This document shows positions 50,210 to 60,745 of a stretch of DNA of 64,000 bases, in pieces (the first letter of the stretch is position 1; every line of letters begins with the position of its first letter). Source of the DNA: Candidatus Bathyarchaeota archaeon. GTDB taxonomy: Archaea; Thermoproteota; Bathyarchaeia; Bathyarchaeales; Bathycorpusculaceae. The notes under the pieces were generated by a model, which ran no database searches, was not told the DNA's origin, and saw only the letters and a program-made list of their open reading frames with translations. The DNA lies in contig OY970340.1 of assembly GCA_963717465.1 (NCBI GenBank), positions 832,001 through 896,000 of the forward strand, read 5' to 3'. The position numbers and the translations under genes were made by a program.

Positions 50210-50728
50210 GTGAATAAATTGAGCCAATTCTACTACGATTGCATGTTGAAAGGGAATTTTTACAAGGACATGATTAGGGTTATGCTGCAAAAATCTGGAT
50301 ATTCAGTTTGCCCTTATGGTTATGAGAGTACTTTGTCAGATGTCAAGTCAAAGCTTACGGAAGAAACAAGAAACTCCAAGACTGGTCGTAGAATTAGGTG
50401 CTCTCCAGATTTGCTTGTTTACGATGACCAAAACGTAATGCTTGTAGAAGTCAAGATGCGGAGCAAATCACCGCCAATGATAAGAGCCAGTGAAATTAAA
50501 AATGTTAAAGAGTTTTGGAATGATTCCATTCTTGTGGTCGTAGTCCCAGAAGATAACATCTTCTATGCTCAAGAGATGAGCAAATTAGAATTTCAAAAAA
50601 CCGATTATTATCAATTATCAGATTTTGAGAAATTTCAAGATATTTTTACAAGGGTTCAGTTTAAGGACATTTCATATTATAAAGACATTGTGTTACAAAA
50701 CATGACAAAGAACTCCAAAAAAGATTGA
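50210..50728 (+). CDS. PD-(D/E)xK nuclease-fold protein
   Basis: SPDLLVYD...LVEVK. Confidence 0.7.
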   Translation: MNKLSQFYYDCMLKGNFYKDMIRVMLQKSGYSVCPYGYESTLSDVKSKLTEETRNSKTGRRIRCSPDLLVYDDQNVMLVEVKMRSKSPPMIRASEIKNVKEFWNDSILVVVVPEDNIFYAQEMSKLEFQKTDYYQLSDFEKFQDIFTRVQFKDISYYKDIVLQNMTKNSKKD

Positions 50729-50816
50729 CCCCTATACCTATGCCACATATTGACTTGCTTTTTCTTCAGAGAAGATACGCACAGCTAAAAACATAAGCGC
50801 ACGCTTAAATCACTAA

Positions 50817-51119
50817 CTAGCGTGCTTTTATTTTGAATTTTGGCGACCTATTATAACCGATTTTTGGATTATTCGATTTGTATTTCAGAATTAGTTCAAC
50901 TTCTTTCTTGTTTACTTCTCTATCTGTTGCGTCATTGGATTGCCAAAGAATTTCCCTTCTTATCGTGAAATCCTTTTTTTCTTCATCAATAAAATCCGAC
51001 TCCAAAAGTTTACTATCTGGACTGCCAAAATATCTAAACGTACCTGTTAAATCCTTTCCAATGTAGATTTTACCGTTAGGATATGTTATTTTATAAATAA
51101 CCTTCAAACTTGCCACCAT
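50817..51119 (-). CDS. Stand-alone GIY-YIG nuclease
   Basis: VIYKITYPNGKIYIGK, conserved E (KKE), GYN. Confidence 0.85.
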   Translation of the reverse strand: MVASLKVIYKITYPNGKIYIGKDLTGTFRYFGSPDSKLLESDFIDEEKKDFTIRREILWQSNDATDREVNKKEVELILKYKSNNPKIGYNRSPKFKIKAR

Positions 51120-51151
51120 CTAAATATTTTTTGTTCTATCGGTCAAATTTT

Positions 51152-52060
51152 TCAAGAATCGATTTTGTCATTGACTAATTTGTAATCAGAGATTCGTATC
51201 GGTTCAACCAAACTGTTAGACAACAGAGAAGCAAAATCCCTAATGAGCATTCTTTCAAATGATAGTCTATGCTCAAACAACTCGTCTGGAAGAACATCAT
51301 ACCGAAAGTAATCCCAATTAGGTATTGATGCATGCTCTTGGCTTAATCTCTCTATCAACTTGGATGCTTCTCCAACGTACAAAAGTCTGTTCTTAGTGTC
51401 TATGAGAAAGTACAGAACATTATTAGCGCCTAATTCAAACTCTAATTCCTTGCGCGGTTTCCAATGAGTCTTATAGATTCTGAAAGGTGGCTTTTCATTT
51501 AACTCATCATCAATTTTGTGAAGCACAGGTGACCCTATAAAATGTTTGAATAACTCAGAGAACATTGGTTTTTGCGTATAGTAAGCTTGGAAATAGAACT
51601 GCTTTGTTTCCCTCTGATATTCGATATCAAGGAATTCCCAGAAGGGTATTTCGTCTTCTATGCTCCTTGTTTCTGATCCGTTAGATTTTCTGAGCCTGTC
51701 TTCAATGTCTCTGACAAAACTCATAACAAAAACATCTTTCAACTCATATGATAGTTTAGGTTCATACCATAATCTGTAAGCTGGTGTTTTTCGTCCTTCC
51801 TTAGCTATCGTCATCCATCCTTTGAATAGCCTTCCTTTGAAATTTACTTTAACTCTTGAATTTTGGTGGTTTCTTGATGTGCATTCTGAAAAGTCTTTTT
51901 CGATTTCCCACATCCTGCAAGCCCATTGAGGGATAGTCGTACCACTCTGTCGAAAAAGGGATGAGTCTACTTTCTTACGCCATAGTGGATGGTCAACATC
52001 TGACCGCTCAAGTTTCATGTTATCACTAAGTTTATTGTAGCAACGTATACTGTAAGTCAA
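51152..52060 (-). CDS. Protein with a C-terminal GIY-YIG-like domain
   Basis: VLYFLID...LLYVGEA..LIERL..H...FERMLI; N-terminal domain unrecognised. Confidence 0.7.
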   Translation of the reverse strand: MTYSIRCYNKLSDNMKLERSDVDHPLWRKKVDSSLFRQSGTTIPQWACRMWEIEKDFSECTSRNHQNSRVKVNFKGRLFKGWMTIAKEGRKTPAYRLWYEPKLSYELKDVFVMSFVRDIEDRLRKSNGSETRSIEDEIPFWEFLDIEYQRETKQFYFQAYYTQKPMFSELFKHFIGSPVLHKIDDELNEKPPFRIYKTHWKPRKELEFELGANNVLYFLIDTKNRLLYVGEASKLIERLSQEHASIPNWDYFRYDVLPDELFEHRLSFERMLIRDFASLLSNSLVEPIRISDYKLVNDKIDS

Positions 52061-52460
52061 TTTAACGTTTAAAAAATTATTGACAAAAAAAGAGAAAAAA
52101 TGTGCTTTTTAAAAGGTCTTAAATCTGAACAGCGCAGAATAGAAAAAACTGAATAAAACTGGTGGTGAGTGTGAAGGTCAAGGAATTAAATGGAGTATTA
52201 GTTCTTGATGGGGATGTGTTGATAGGTGGAGAAGAAGCCTTCACTGATACGAGATACATTGAAGCTTTTACTCTGCTACATGCCTTGATTGATTGGTGGA
52301 GGCTGACTTAATTCAATTTGATGAAGGTCTTTTCAAGCGCAAGTATAGATTCAGAAACTCAGTAAACTATCTCAAACGGGTCCTGGAATCCACTCTTTTC
52401 TTTCATGCCTTAAATATTTTGCCAACCAAATAATTCTTAAATGCTTAACCCCTAATTTCA

Positions 52461-53405
52461 ATGGGCTCAATTATGGAAGATTGGGATTTAATAATAATTG
52501 GTGCAGGTGCAGCGGGGCTTGCAGCTGGAATTTACGCTGTTCGAAGCGGCTTGAAAACGTTAATTTTGGATGAAGAACTCGCTGGAGGAGTCCTCGGTAA
52601 AGTTCCGATTGTTGTGAATTACCCTGGTTTTACTGAAATAACTGGTGGAGAACTTGCAGAAAAATTTGCTTTGCAGTGCAAAAAAATAGGCGCCACGATC
52701 CATGAATTAGAAGCAGTAACCAGCTTAGATCTTAGGCAAGAAAAGAAAATTGTAAAGACTTCGCGTTCTATTTATGGTGCTAAAGCGGTCATTATCGCGT
52801 CTGGTTCACATCATAAAGAAATCGGCGTCAAAGGTGAAAAAGAATTTCTCGGAAAAGGCGTTAGTTATTGCGGCGTTTGTGATGGTCCATTTTTTAAAGG
52901 TAAACGCGTTCTGATTGTTGGCGGAGGAAATTCTGCTTGTGTGACTACTTTGTATCTTTCAGGGTTAGCTGCTGAAGTTTTTGTTTCGCATCGAAGAGGG
53001 GCTTTCAGGGCTGAGGAAGCCACAGCGAAGGACATTGCTGCTAAAACTAATGTGACTGTTTTTTGGAATACTGAAGTTAAAGAAATTAAAGGTGAAAAGA
53101 CTGTGACTTCTGTTGTGCTGTACGATAACAAGACTGGGATGACTCGGGAATTGAATGTTGACGGTGTTTTCGTCCAAGTTGGCGAGTCGCCTAAAAGTCA
53201 ACTTGCTAAAGAGTCAGGAGTTGAGGTTGATGATGAAGGCTTTATCAAGATTGATGTTTGCCAGCGAACTAACCTGCTTGGAGTTTTTGCAGCAGGAGAC
53301 GTTTCGAATTATCCTGTTAAACAGATTGGAACCGCCGTTGGTCAAGGAATCATGGCAGCTCTTGAAGCCTATGCCTTCATTCGAAGTCCTTATTATAGGA
53401 AATAG
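52461..53405 (+). CDS. trxB: Thioredoxin reductase
   Basis: IIGAGAAG, GVSYCGVCDG, VGGGNSA, FAAGDV. Confidence 0.93.
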   Translation: MGSIMEDWDLIIIGAGAAGLAAGIYAVRSGLKTLILDEELAGGVLGKVPIVVNYPGFTEITGGELAEKFALQCKKIGATIHELEAVTSLDLRQEKKIVKTSRSIYGAKAVIIASGSHHKEIGVKGEKEFLGKGVSYCGVCDGPFFKGKRVLIVGGGNSACVTTLYLSGLAAEVFVSHRRGAFRAEEATAKDIAAKTNVTVFWNTEVKEIKGEKTVTSVVLYDNKTGMTRELNVDGVFVQVGESPKSQLAKESGVEVDDEGFIKIDVCQRTNLLGVFAAGDVSNYPVKQIGTAVGQGIMAALEAYAFIRSPYYRK

Positions 53406-53492
53406 GTTAAACGTATAGAAAAAAATATATCCTAAACGTTTTCCAAACAAGCACCAGTTAGCGTAGTTCAGGCGAAATGAGGTTCAGGTAAG

Positions 53493-54731
53493 ATGAGTGA
53501 AGAGAAATGTCTAGCCGTAGTGGAAATTAATCAAGATCTTTGCGGTAGATGCTACGTTTGCCAATCGATTTGTCCTTTCGAAGCGATAAAACGCGATTCA
53601 GAAGGAAAAGTCGAAATAAACATTCAAGATTGCCAAGTTTGCGGCATATGCTACAGCGCTTGCCCAACATCCGCAATAAGCATGGATTACTACAACTATG
53701 AAAACCTCTCAAACAGCGTTAAGAAACTCAGAGCTAAAGCAAAAAGTAGCAAACAAATTGCGGGAAAAGACGCAGGCGAGACTCTTGTCTTAATGTGCCG
53801 TGGAAACTCGCCTTCTACAGGCGAAGTTGAGGAAATTCTTAAAGACCAAGGGTTAAAAGTTAACAGTTACATACCGTTAAGGTTACCTTGTTCGGGTCGA
53901 ATCCCGACCAGCTTTATATTTGATGTTCTTAATTCAGGCGTAAAAAATGTTGTTTCCATCCAATGTGAAGACTCTTTTTGCCGCTACAAAGAAGGCACAA
54001 AAATTAACACTCAGCGGCTTTTATTATCAAAAAATGTTCTCAAACAATTAGGCTTCAATGAAGATGCAGTTAAAATCGTAAAATACTCTCGCAAGGCAGT
54101 TTACAACGTCAATGAATGCGTGGGCTGCGATAAATGCATCTTTATTTGCCCCTATAAAGCCTTAGAATTTGAATCTTTCGCGACGCCAAAGGTGATTAAC
54201 GAAAAATGTATGGGTTGCGGCGCATGTCAACTTGTTTGTCCGCATCATGCTATCCAAGTAAAAGGCTTCGAATTTGAAAACGTACTGAAACGTTATGCTA
54301 ACTCGGCATCAAAATTAAGAGCTAAGCGTAATAATCCTGTAATCCTCGCATTTATTTGTCAATGGTCAGAATTTTCAGCCTTAGACAACCCAAACAACAT
54401 TTTCGCGGGCAAAAACGTTTTGGCTCTCGAAGTTCCCTGCTTCAAATCCTTGGATCCGGTTCACGTAGTAAATGCGTTGAACTGCGGTTTTGACGGTGTA
54501 ATGGCTGTTGTCTGCTCATCTAAGGACTGCAAATTACAAGAGGGAAGAGATACTGCAGAGCGAAACATGGGCGTCTTAAAGAACTGTTTGAAAAAGACGG
54601 GTCTTCTCGATCGATTTGAGCTTTTCGAAGAATCCCCACGATGCGCAGGCGACTTCAACAAGAAACTAGACGCGTTTTACGAGAAAATTTCAGCTTTACC
54701 TAAACGCGAAATACTCTTGGAGGCAAAATAA
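53493..54731 (+). CDS. Ferredoxin/MvhD(FlpD)-like tandem fusion protein
   Basis: Four CxxCxxCxxxCP motifs in two pairs; two MvhD-like segments (RLPCSGRI; FICQWS..EVPC..LDP). Confidence 0.8.
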   Translation: MSEEKCLAVVEINQDLCGRCYVCQSICPFEAIKRDSEGKVEINIQDCQVCGICYSACPTSAISMDYYNYENLSNSVKKLRAKAKSSKQIAGKDAGETLVLMCRGNSPSTGEVEEILKDQGLKVNSYIPLRLPCSGRIPTSFIFDVLNSGVKNVVSIQCEDSFCRYKEGTKINTQRLLLSKNVLKQLGFNEDAVKIVKYSRKAVYNVNECVGCDKCIFICPYKALEFESFATPKVINEKCMGCGACQLVCPHHAIQVKGFEFENVLKRYANSASKLRAKRNNPVILAFICQWSEFSALDNPNNIFAGKNVLALEVPCFKSLDPVHVVNALNCGFDGVMAVVCSSKDCKLQEGRDTAERNMGVLKNCLKKTGLLDRFELFEESPRCAGDFNKKLDAFYEKISALPKREILLEAK

Positions 54732-55576
54732 TGTACAAAATAGTAAATAAAAAAGAACTTGCCCCAAAAATAAAACTCTTTGAAGTCGACGCTCCAGACA
54801 TAGCGTCTAAATCTGCAGTTGGTCAATTCCTAATAGTTATACATAATAAAACAGGCGAACGCATTCCCTTAACCATATGCGGATACGACACCGCTAAAGG
54901 AACCGTTTCATTCGCTTTCCACGAAGTTGGTAAAACAACTCAAACGCTTGGCTTGCTAAGCAAAGGCGAATGCATAGACAACGTTACTGGTCCACTTGGA
55001 AATCCCTCTGAAATAAAAAAGTTCGGCAAAGTTCTCTGTGTAGGCGGAAGCGTTATGATTGCTCCACTGCTTTTGCAGGCTAAAGCCATGAAAGAAGCTG
55101 GAAACAATGTTACCACGATTATAGGTGCTCGGACAAAAGACTTCATCATGATGGAAGATGAAGCAAAAGCATTAAGCGACATTGTTTATGTGGCGACAGA
55201 TGATGGTTCCAAAGGTTACAAGGGATTAGATTTCCTTAAAGAATTATTGAAGAAAGAAAAATTTGATCGCTGCGTAGTCATGGGTCCAGTTATCTTAATG
55301 AAAGATGTCAGCGAAATAACCAAGCCGTACGGTATACCGACAATAGTCACTTTAACACCCATAATGATTGATGGCATGGGAATGTGCGGCGTATGCCGTG
55401 TCACAGTCGGCGGCAAAATGCTTTTCGGCTGCATAGATGGACCGGAATTCGATGGTCACAAAACCGATTTTAACGAGTTAATTTTACGTCAACGAATGAT
55501 GCTTCCCGAAGAACGCTTAAGTTCTGTTCTGTGGGACATGCGAGGAGGTTGTAAATGTGGCAGAAACAAAGCCTAA
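54731..55576 (+). CDS. NfnA/SudB-like FAD/NAD and 2Fe-2S subunit
   Basis: GQF, GERIPLT, GPLG, DGMGMCGVCRV...CIDGPEF. Confidence 0.9.
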   Translation: MYKIVNKKELAPKIKLFEVDAPDIASKSAVGQFLIVIHNKTGERIPLTICGYDTAKGTVSFAFHEVGKTTQTLGLLSKGECIDNVTGPLGNPSEIKKFGKVLCVGGSVMIAPLLLQAKAMKEAGNNVTTIIGARTKDFIMMEDEAKALSDIVYVATDDGSKGYKGLDFLKELLKKEKFDRCVVMGPVILMKDVSEITKPYGIPTIVTLTPIMIDGMGMCGVCRVTVGGKMLFGCIDGPEFDGHKTDFNELILRQRMMLPEERLSSVLWDMRGGCKCGRNKA

Positions 55577-56968
55577 ACCAAAATTAGTCAAGAAAGCAGT
55601 TGAAATGGCAAAACAAGACCCAAAGGTACGCGCTAAAAACTTCAGCGAAGTCGCTTTGGGCTACACAGAGGCGCAAGCTCAGGAAGAAGCGAATAGATGT
55701 TTGCAGTGTCCAAAACCTCAATGTACGACTGGTTGCCCAGTAGAAGTTCCTATACCTGCATTCATAAAGCTGATTAAAGAAAAGAAGTACGCCGAAGGCA
55801 TATCTGCAATTAAAGCAAAGAATGCGTTGCCAGCTGTATGCGGACGAGTTTGCCCTCAAGAAGTGCAATGTCAAAGCAAATGCGTCGTCGGCAAGGTGGG
55901 TGAACCAATCAGCATTGGACGTTTAGAACGTTTTCTTGCAGATTGGGAACGTGATAACGGATTTCAGATTCCGCAGAAAGCGGCATCTACAGGCAAAAAA
56001 ATTGCTGTCATCGGTGCCGGGCCCGCTGGATTAACTGTTGCTGCAGACCTCGTTAGGCTTGGCCATGATATTACAATGTTTGAAGCGCTGCATGTTGGCG
56101 GTGGCGTATTAAGTTATGGCATTCCAGAATTTCGTTTACCAAAAGCAATTGTTCAAAACGAAGTTTCATACATCCAAAAGCTTAGGCGTTGATTTAAGAT
56201 TAGGCAACCTAATCGGCAGAATCCACACGATTCCTGAACTAATGAAAGACGGCTATGACGCTGTATTCATCGGCAGCGGGGCTGGTTTACCACAGTTTAC
56301 AGGTTGCCCAGGCGAAAACCTCGGCGGAATATACTCTGCAAACGAATTTTTGATCCGCGTCAACCTAATGAAAGCCTTCATGTTTCCAGAAACTGACACA
56401 CCAATACGCATAGGCAAAAAAGTTGTCGTCATCGGCGGCGGAAATGTTGCTATGGACTGCGCAAGATGTTCAATGCGCTTAGGCGCTGACGTATGCTTAC
56501 TATACAGACGTTCACGAGACGAGTTACCTGCAAGACACGAGGAAATCGAGAATGCTGAAGAAGAAGGCTTAATGTGCAAGTTCCTAGCAGCTCCGATCGA
56601 ATTTTACGGTGACGAAAAAGGCTGGGTAAAATCAATGAAATGCATAGCAATGGAGCTCAGGCGCACCTGATGCTAAAGGAAGACGCGGTGTAACACCGAT
56701 TCCAAACTCTGAATTCACGATGGATGTAGACACAGTTATCATTGCAATCGGCCAAACACCCAACCCAATTATTCAAAGGACTACACAAGGCTTACAAAGT
56801 GACCCAAGACATGGCACAATAACCGTTAATGAAGTCGGCAAAACCAGTTTAGACGGCGTTTACGCTGGTGGCGACGTAGCCACAGGCGCAGCAACCGTAA
56901 TCAGTGCGATGGGAGCAGGCAAAAAAGCAGCAAAAGCAATGCACGAATACTTAACAAGTAAGAAATAA
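55557..56968 (+). CDS. NfnB/SudA (GltD-like) subunit, two frameshifts (near 56183 and 56658)
   Basis: RCLQC...C..GCP, CGRVCPQE..C, GAGPAG, GIPEFRLP, GGGNVAMD, AGGDVATG. Confidence 0.88.
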
Positions 56969-57138
56969 CATCTCAATTTTTTATAACTAAATTTTGTTGC
57001 TTCGAAACTCGAACTAAATAGTTGGTAATAGTGACTATTGAGTGTAGATTAGATTTGGTGTTTTAGGGTTGCTTCTCGATTCTTAAAGGCAAAGGCTTAA
57101 GAATAAAGGTTGCCCTTGATTCGAACAAAAAGTTCGAT

Positions 57139-57970
57139 GTGCATTTGAAGATGGGCAAAATGAAGGTTTGTGTTGCTGGTCTTGGTCAGATTGGTTTTCC
57201 AGTTGCACAATACATTCAGGCTAAGGGTCTTGAAGTTGTAGGTTATGATATTAATCCCAGCACTGTTGCAAATGCTGGTAAAACTGGCAAGTTTAAAGCA
57301 ACAAGCAAATGGGATGATGTACCGGATGTGGATGTCTTTATTTGTTGTGTCACAACTGGTCAAATTAATGATTCACCTGACTTGTCAGCGGTTTTTGATG
57401 TTTGCAAAAAAATGGCTGAAAAAACCACGCCTGATTCGCTTGTATCTATTGAAAGCACAATAATTCCAGGCACAAGCAAAAAAATATTTGAAGAAATTTT
57501 TAGTAGTAAAGTGTCTGTTTGTGCATGCTCCTCATAGGTACTGGGCAGACGAACCAGAAAAACACGGGGTCAACCAGCTCAGGGTAATCGGAGGAGTAAA
57601 CTCAAAAAGCCTTAGCGCTGGCTTAAAATTCTATAAAGATACTTTAGGAATACCGATGCATAAGGTTTCCAAAGTTGAAGTCGCAGAAATGTGCAAGATC
57701 ACAGAAAATTCGCATCGCTATCTGCAAATTGCGTTTGCTGAGGAACTGAAAATGATGTGCGACAAGCTGGACATGGATTTTAATGAGCTTCGTGATGCAT
57801 GTAACTCGAAATGGAATGTTGATATGCCTGAAGCAAGAGATGGCATCGGAAGGCATTGCCTACCAAAAGATATTAGATACGTCACATCGCTTGTTCCCGA
57901 TAACATTTTGCTGCAAAGTGCGGTTCAAGTTGACAAGAAATATAGAGAGTGGCTTGCTCAAAAAAAGTAA
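57139..57970 (+). CDS. UDP-glucose/UDP-ManNAc dehydrogenase family, short form, one frameshift near 57515
   Basis: GLGQIG, IESTIIPGT, AEMCKITENS, GIGRHCLPKD. Confidence 0.82.
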
Positions 57971-57983
57971 ATGGAGAAAATAA

Positions 57984-59018
57984 ATGCCTGATGTCTGGTT
58001 AGACACTGTTACGCCTAAAATCAGCATAGCAATCAACAGTTTACTTCCTATTCTGCATAAGAAAGATTACTCCACGCTTATCACGGCTAAGAAGGCAACT
58101 CAAACAACAGATATGTTTGACGCCTTAAAAGTTCAATATTACACGATAGGCGAATATGGCGAAACTCCAAAAGAAAAATTAGTAGTCGAGCAGAAACGGA
58201 CTTTAGAATTTCTTGAGCTCTTCGAAAAAGTGGGCACTCCAAAAGTGCTCTGGACGCACGGCGACGTATCTGCCATTCGAACAGCTTTTGGACTCGGCAT
58301 CCCAATCGTCTACGCTAACGACACAGTTTTTGCCTACCACGTAGCCAAACTTGCCGTTCCACTGGTGAACTGGTTAATTGCGCCAGCCTGTTTTGGAACC
58401 TCATGGAGCAAATTCGGAATCTCCAAAAAACAAATAATTCACTATGACGGCTTAGAGGAACTAGCATGGCTTAAAGGCACAAGATTCGAAAAACCGGGCT
58501 TTCTAAAGGAACTAAAAAGCAAAAAACCCATTATTCTCTTCCGAGACGCCGAGTATAAAGCCAGCTACTGCAAGGACGTTAAAGTTGACTCAATACAGCT
58601 TTTGGAAGAATTAACCAAGTTAGCAACTGTCGTATGCCTTCCCCGCTATGAAGAAGAAAGACAGCAATTCACCGCTTTAAACAACGTTTGGATACCGCCA
58701 AAACCAGTATTAACCGCCCAACTAATGCCCTATATCGACTTGATGGTTGGTAGCGGAGGTACTGCATGCCGTGAAACAGCCCTCTGCGGCATACCGACCA
58801 TAAACTTTCACTTCTGGGATGTACAAGCACGCTACCTCTACAAGAAAGGTTTTCCCATCCAAATCTTAAGAGACAAAAATAAAATAGTTAAAGTAGCGAA
58901 GAAAATTCTTGAAAACCCGCAAAAACACCGATTGGACACAAAAATTTCGCTGGCAAAACTTGAATCCCCCATCCCTGTTTGGACTCGTTACATCCAACTA
59001 TGCCTAAAAGACAAGTAA
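57984..59018 (+). CDS. DUF354 (GT-B fold) protein
   Basis: VWLDTVTPK, AFGLGIP, YDGLEELAW, GSGGTACRETAL.GIPTI. Confidence 0.85.
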   Translation: MPDVWLDTVTPKISIAINSLLPILHKKDYSTLITAKKATQTTDMFDALKVQYYTIGEYGETPKEKLVVEQKRTLEFLELFEKVGTPKVLWTHGDVSAIRTAFGLGIPIVYANDTVFAYHVAKLAVPLVNWLIAPACFGTSWSKFGISKKQIIHYDGLEELAWLKGTRFEKPGFLKELKSKKPIILFRDAEYKASYCKDVKVDSIQLLEELTKLATVVCLPRYEEERQQFTALNNVWIPPKPVLTAQLMPYIDLMVGSGGTACRETALCGIPTINFHFWDVQARYLYKKGFPIQILRDKNKIVKVAKKILENPQKHRLDTKISLAKLESPIPVWTRYIQLCLKDK

Positions 59019-59021
59019 TTA

Positions 59022-59909
59022 TCATGAAGTAAGATAACCTCGCAGATAATAGAGACGAATCAACGGGTGGATATAGGCAAGTGAGGGTTCACGGGTTTGG
59101 TAAGCAACAAACAATCCAGTGAATGGCGATATCAAAAAACGGTAAATCACATCGAATTTTTTAATTGGCGGTTCCCTTTTGTGGGTAACGGAAGTGATTT
59201 TTCGCCACATTTCGGGCAACTGCTTGGCGTACCAGTATTGGTGGTTTAGTTCCTGTTTTAGGCTGCTTCGAAGATGAATTGACTGCACATTATAATCTAC
59301 AAACCATTGATAGCCATGCCTGTCGATTTCGTAAGCTAGGACCGTGTCAACGCCGCTGCTTGATGCCAATTTAGGAAAGCCGTCTATCTCGCGAATGACG
59401 CTTGTTCTGAAAATCGTGTTATCCAATGTTTTGCCCAGCGTGAAAGCAGCCATCTCTCTGCCTTTAAGCCATGACTCCAATTGTGCTTCTCCACGGTACT
59501 TTTTTGCCACATACAACTGTAACATATGCACGCCAGGCGGCTTATCAGCAAAACGCATACCTGATGCCCCAGCAACTTTAAGGTTTTTTAGAGCTTCTGG
59601 AATTTTTTTCCACCAGTCATGCGATAGGAGTAAATCCTGCTCAAAGCAAACAAAAAATTCGGATTCCACATGCTTAAGCGCAGTATTGGCATTATCGCTG
59701 ATGCCTTGACCCTCGTTAAAAACCACAGTCCAACCAAACGACTCGGCAATTTCGCGTGTGCCATCCGTACTTTTGTCGTCCGAAATGATTTTTTTATTCA
59801 CCATTTCAGCAGGAATTACTTGGTTGATTCTTTTCAACACAGACGGCAGCGTTTTCTCGCCATTAAATGTCCACATTACCAAGTCGACTTTTCCAACCAA
59901 GCATAACAC
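59022..59909 (-). CDS. Family 2 glycosyltransferase
   Basis: DDKSTDGTREIA, FEQD. Confidence 0.85.
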   Translation of the reverse strand: MLCLVGKVDLVMWTFNGEKTLPSVLKRINQVIPAEMVNKKIISDDKSTDGTREIAESFGWTVVFNEGQGISDNANTALKHVESEFFVCFEQDLLLSHDWWKKIPEALKNLKVAGASGMRFADKPPGVHMLQLYVAKKYRGEAQLESWLKGREMAAFTLGKTLDNTIFRTSVIREIDGFPKLASSSGVDTVLAYEIDRHGYQWFVDYNVQSIHLRSSLKQELNHQYWYAKQLPEMWRKITSVTHKREPPIKKFDVIYRFLISPFTGLFVAYQTREPSLAYIHPLIRLYYLRGYLTS

Positions 59910-59927
59910 AACCGTTTAATTTTGCAT

Positions 59928-60732
59928 CTAAGCAGCAATCCAGCCTTTAAATATGAGTACATTACTGCGAAAATGAATTTTGGAAGCTTCAAAATCTCTG
60001 GTTACAATATAAATCCAAATTGCCTTCGGTAAAGAACTTGCAAGCCAACGCAAAATTGTAATGAATTTGCCATAATGGTATTTTTTAAGAAGGTAGCCAG
60101 TGGTTATAAAACCCGTAGACCGTTCATTAGGCGTTAGATTATGCAGGCAATATGGTGAAGTAACTTTAAGGAAACGGTAACCTTTCTGGATAATGTAACG
60201 TCCAATAAAATCATCCTCATAAATATGCAAATCGGAAGGAATACGAATACCCGCTACTGCAGTAGACCTGACAAGAGTGTCATGCATCATGCACCGTTCA
60301 CCGCGCATTTGCTTGACCAACAAATCCTTCATATCGAGATGATAAAGCCTAGACATGGCATAATTAATATTGTAGAAGTGTTTTTCAGAAGGTACGGCAA
60401 CGCCCCAAACAGCACCAGTGTCGCTTTTCACGTTTTCCCACGCTTTGTAAAACCAGTCTCTTGTTAAAATAACATCTGAATCGATATGGACATGCCATTG
60501 GGTTTCAACGGCTTCAATACCTTTCTGCCCTAGCTGTTGCACGTGTACCTTTGTTGTCATGTATTAATTTCACGTTAGGAAGGGCTTTCAGCAAATCTAG
60601 TGTTCCATCTGTGCTTCCGCCATCGACAGCAATTAGCCTGTTAACTGGAATATTCGCATAAATAGAATCAACACATTCTTTCAAACATGGCTGCACGCTA
60701 TTTTTTGTAAGTAAAACAACATCCAACTTCAT
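59928..60732 (-). CDS. Family 2 glycosyltransferase, one frameshift near 60529
   Basis: MKLDVVLLTKNS, VDGGSTDGT / HIDSDV, YED. Confidence 0.82.
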
Positions 60733-60745
60733 TTCTTTGGCATAG

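Noticed and set aside
52171..52311. Short ORF VKVKELNGVLVLDGD...WWRLT
   Set aside because: Has an RBS-like GGTGGTGA but no recognisable motif; may be a gene remnant, not supportable
52461..54731. TrxR and the MvhD-like protein as selenoproteins
   Set aside because: Both ORFs are uninterrupted, use Cys at the relevant positions and end in TAG/TAA
56668..56670. TGA within nfnB/sudA as Sec
   Set aside because: The conserved LGAPDAKGRR continues in another frame after a single-base insertion
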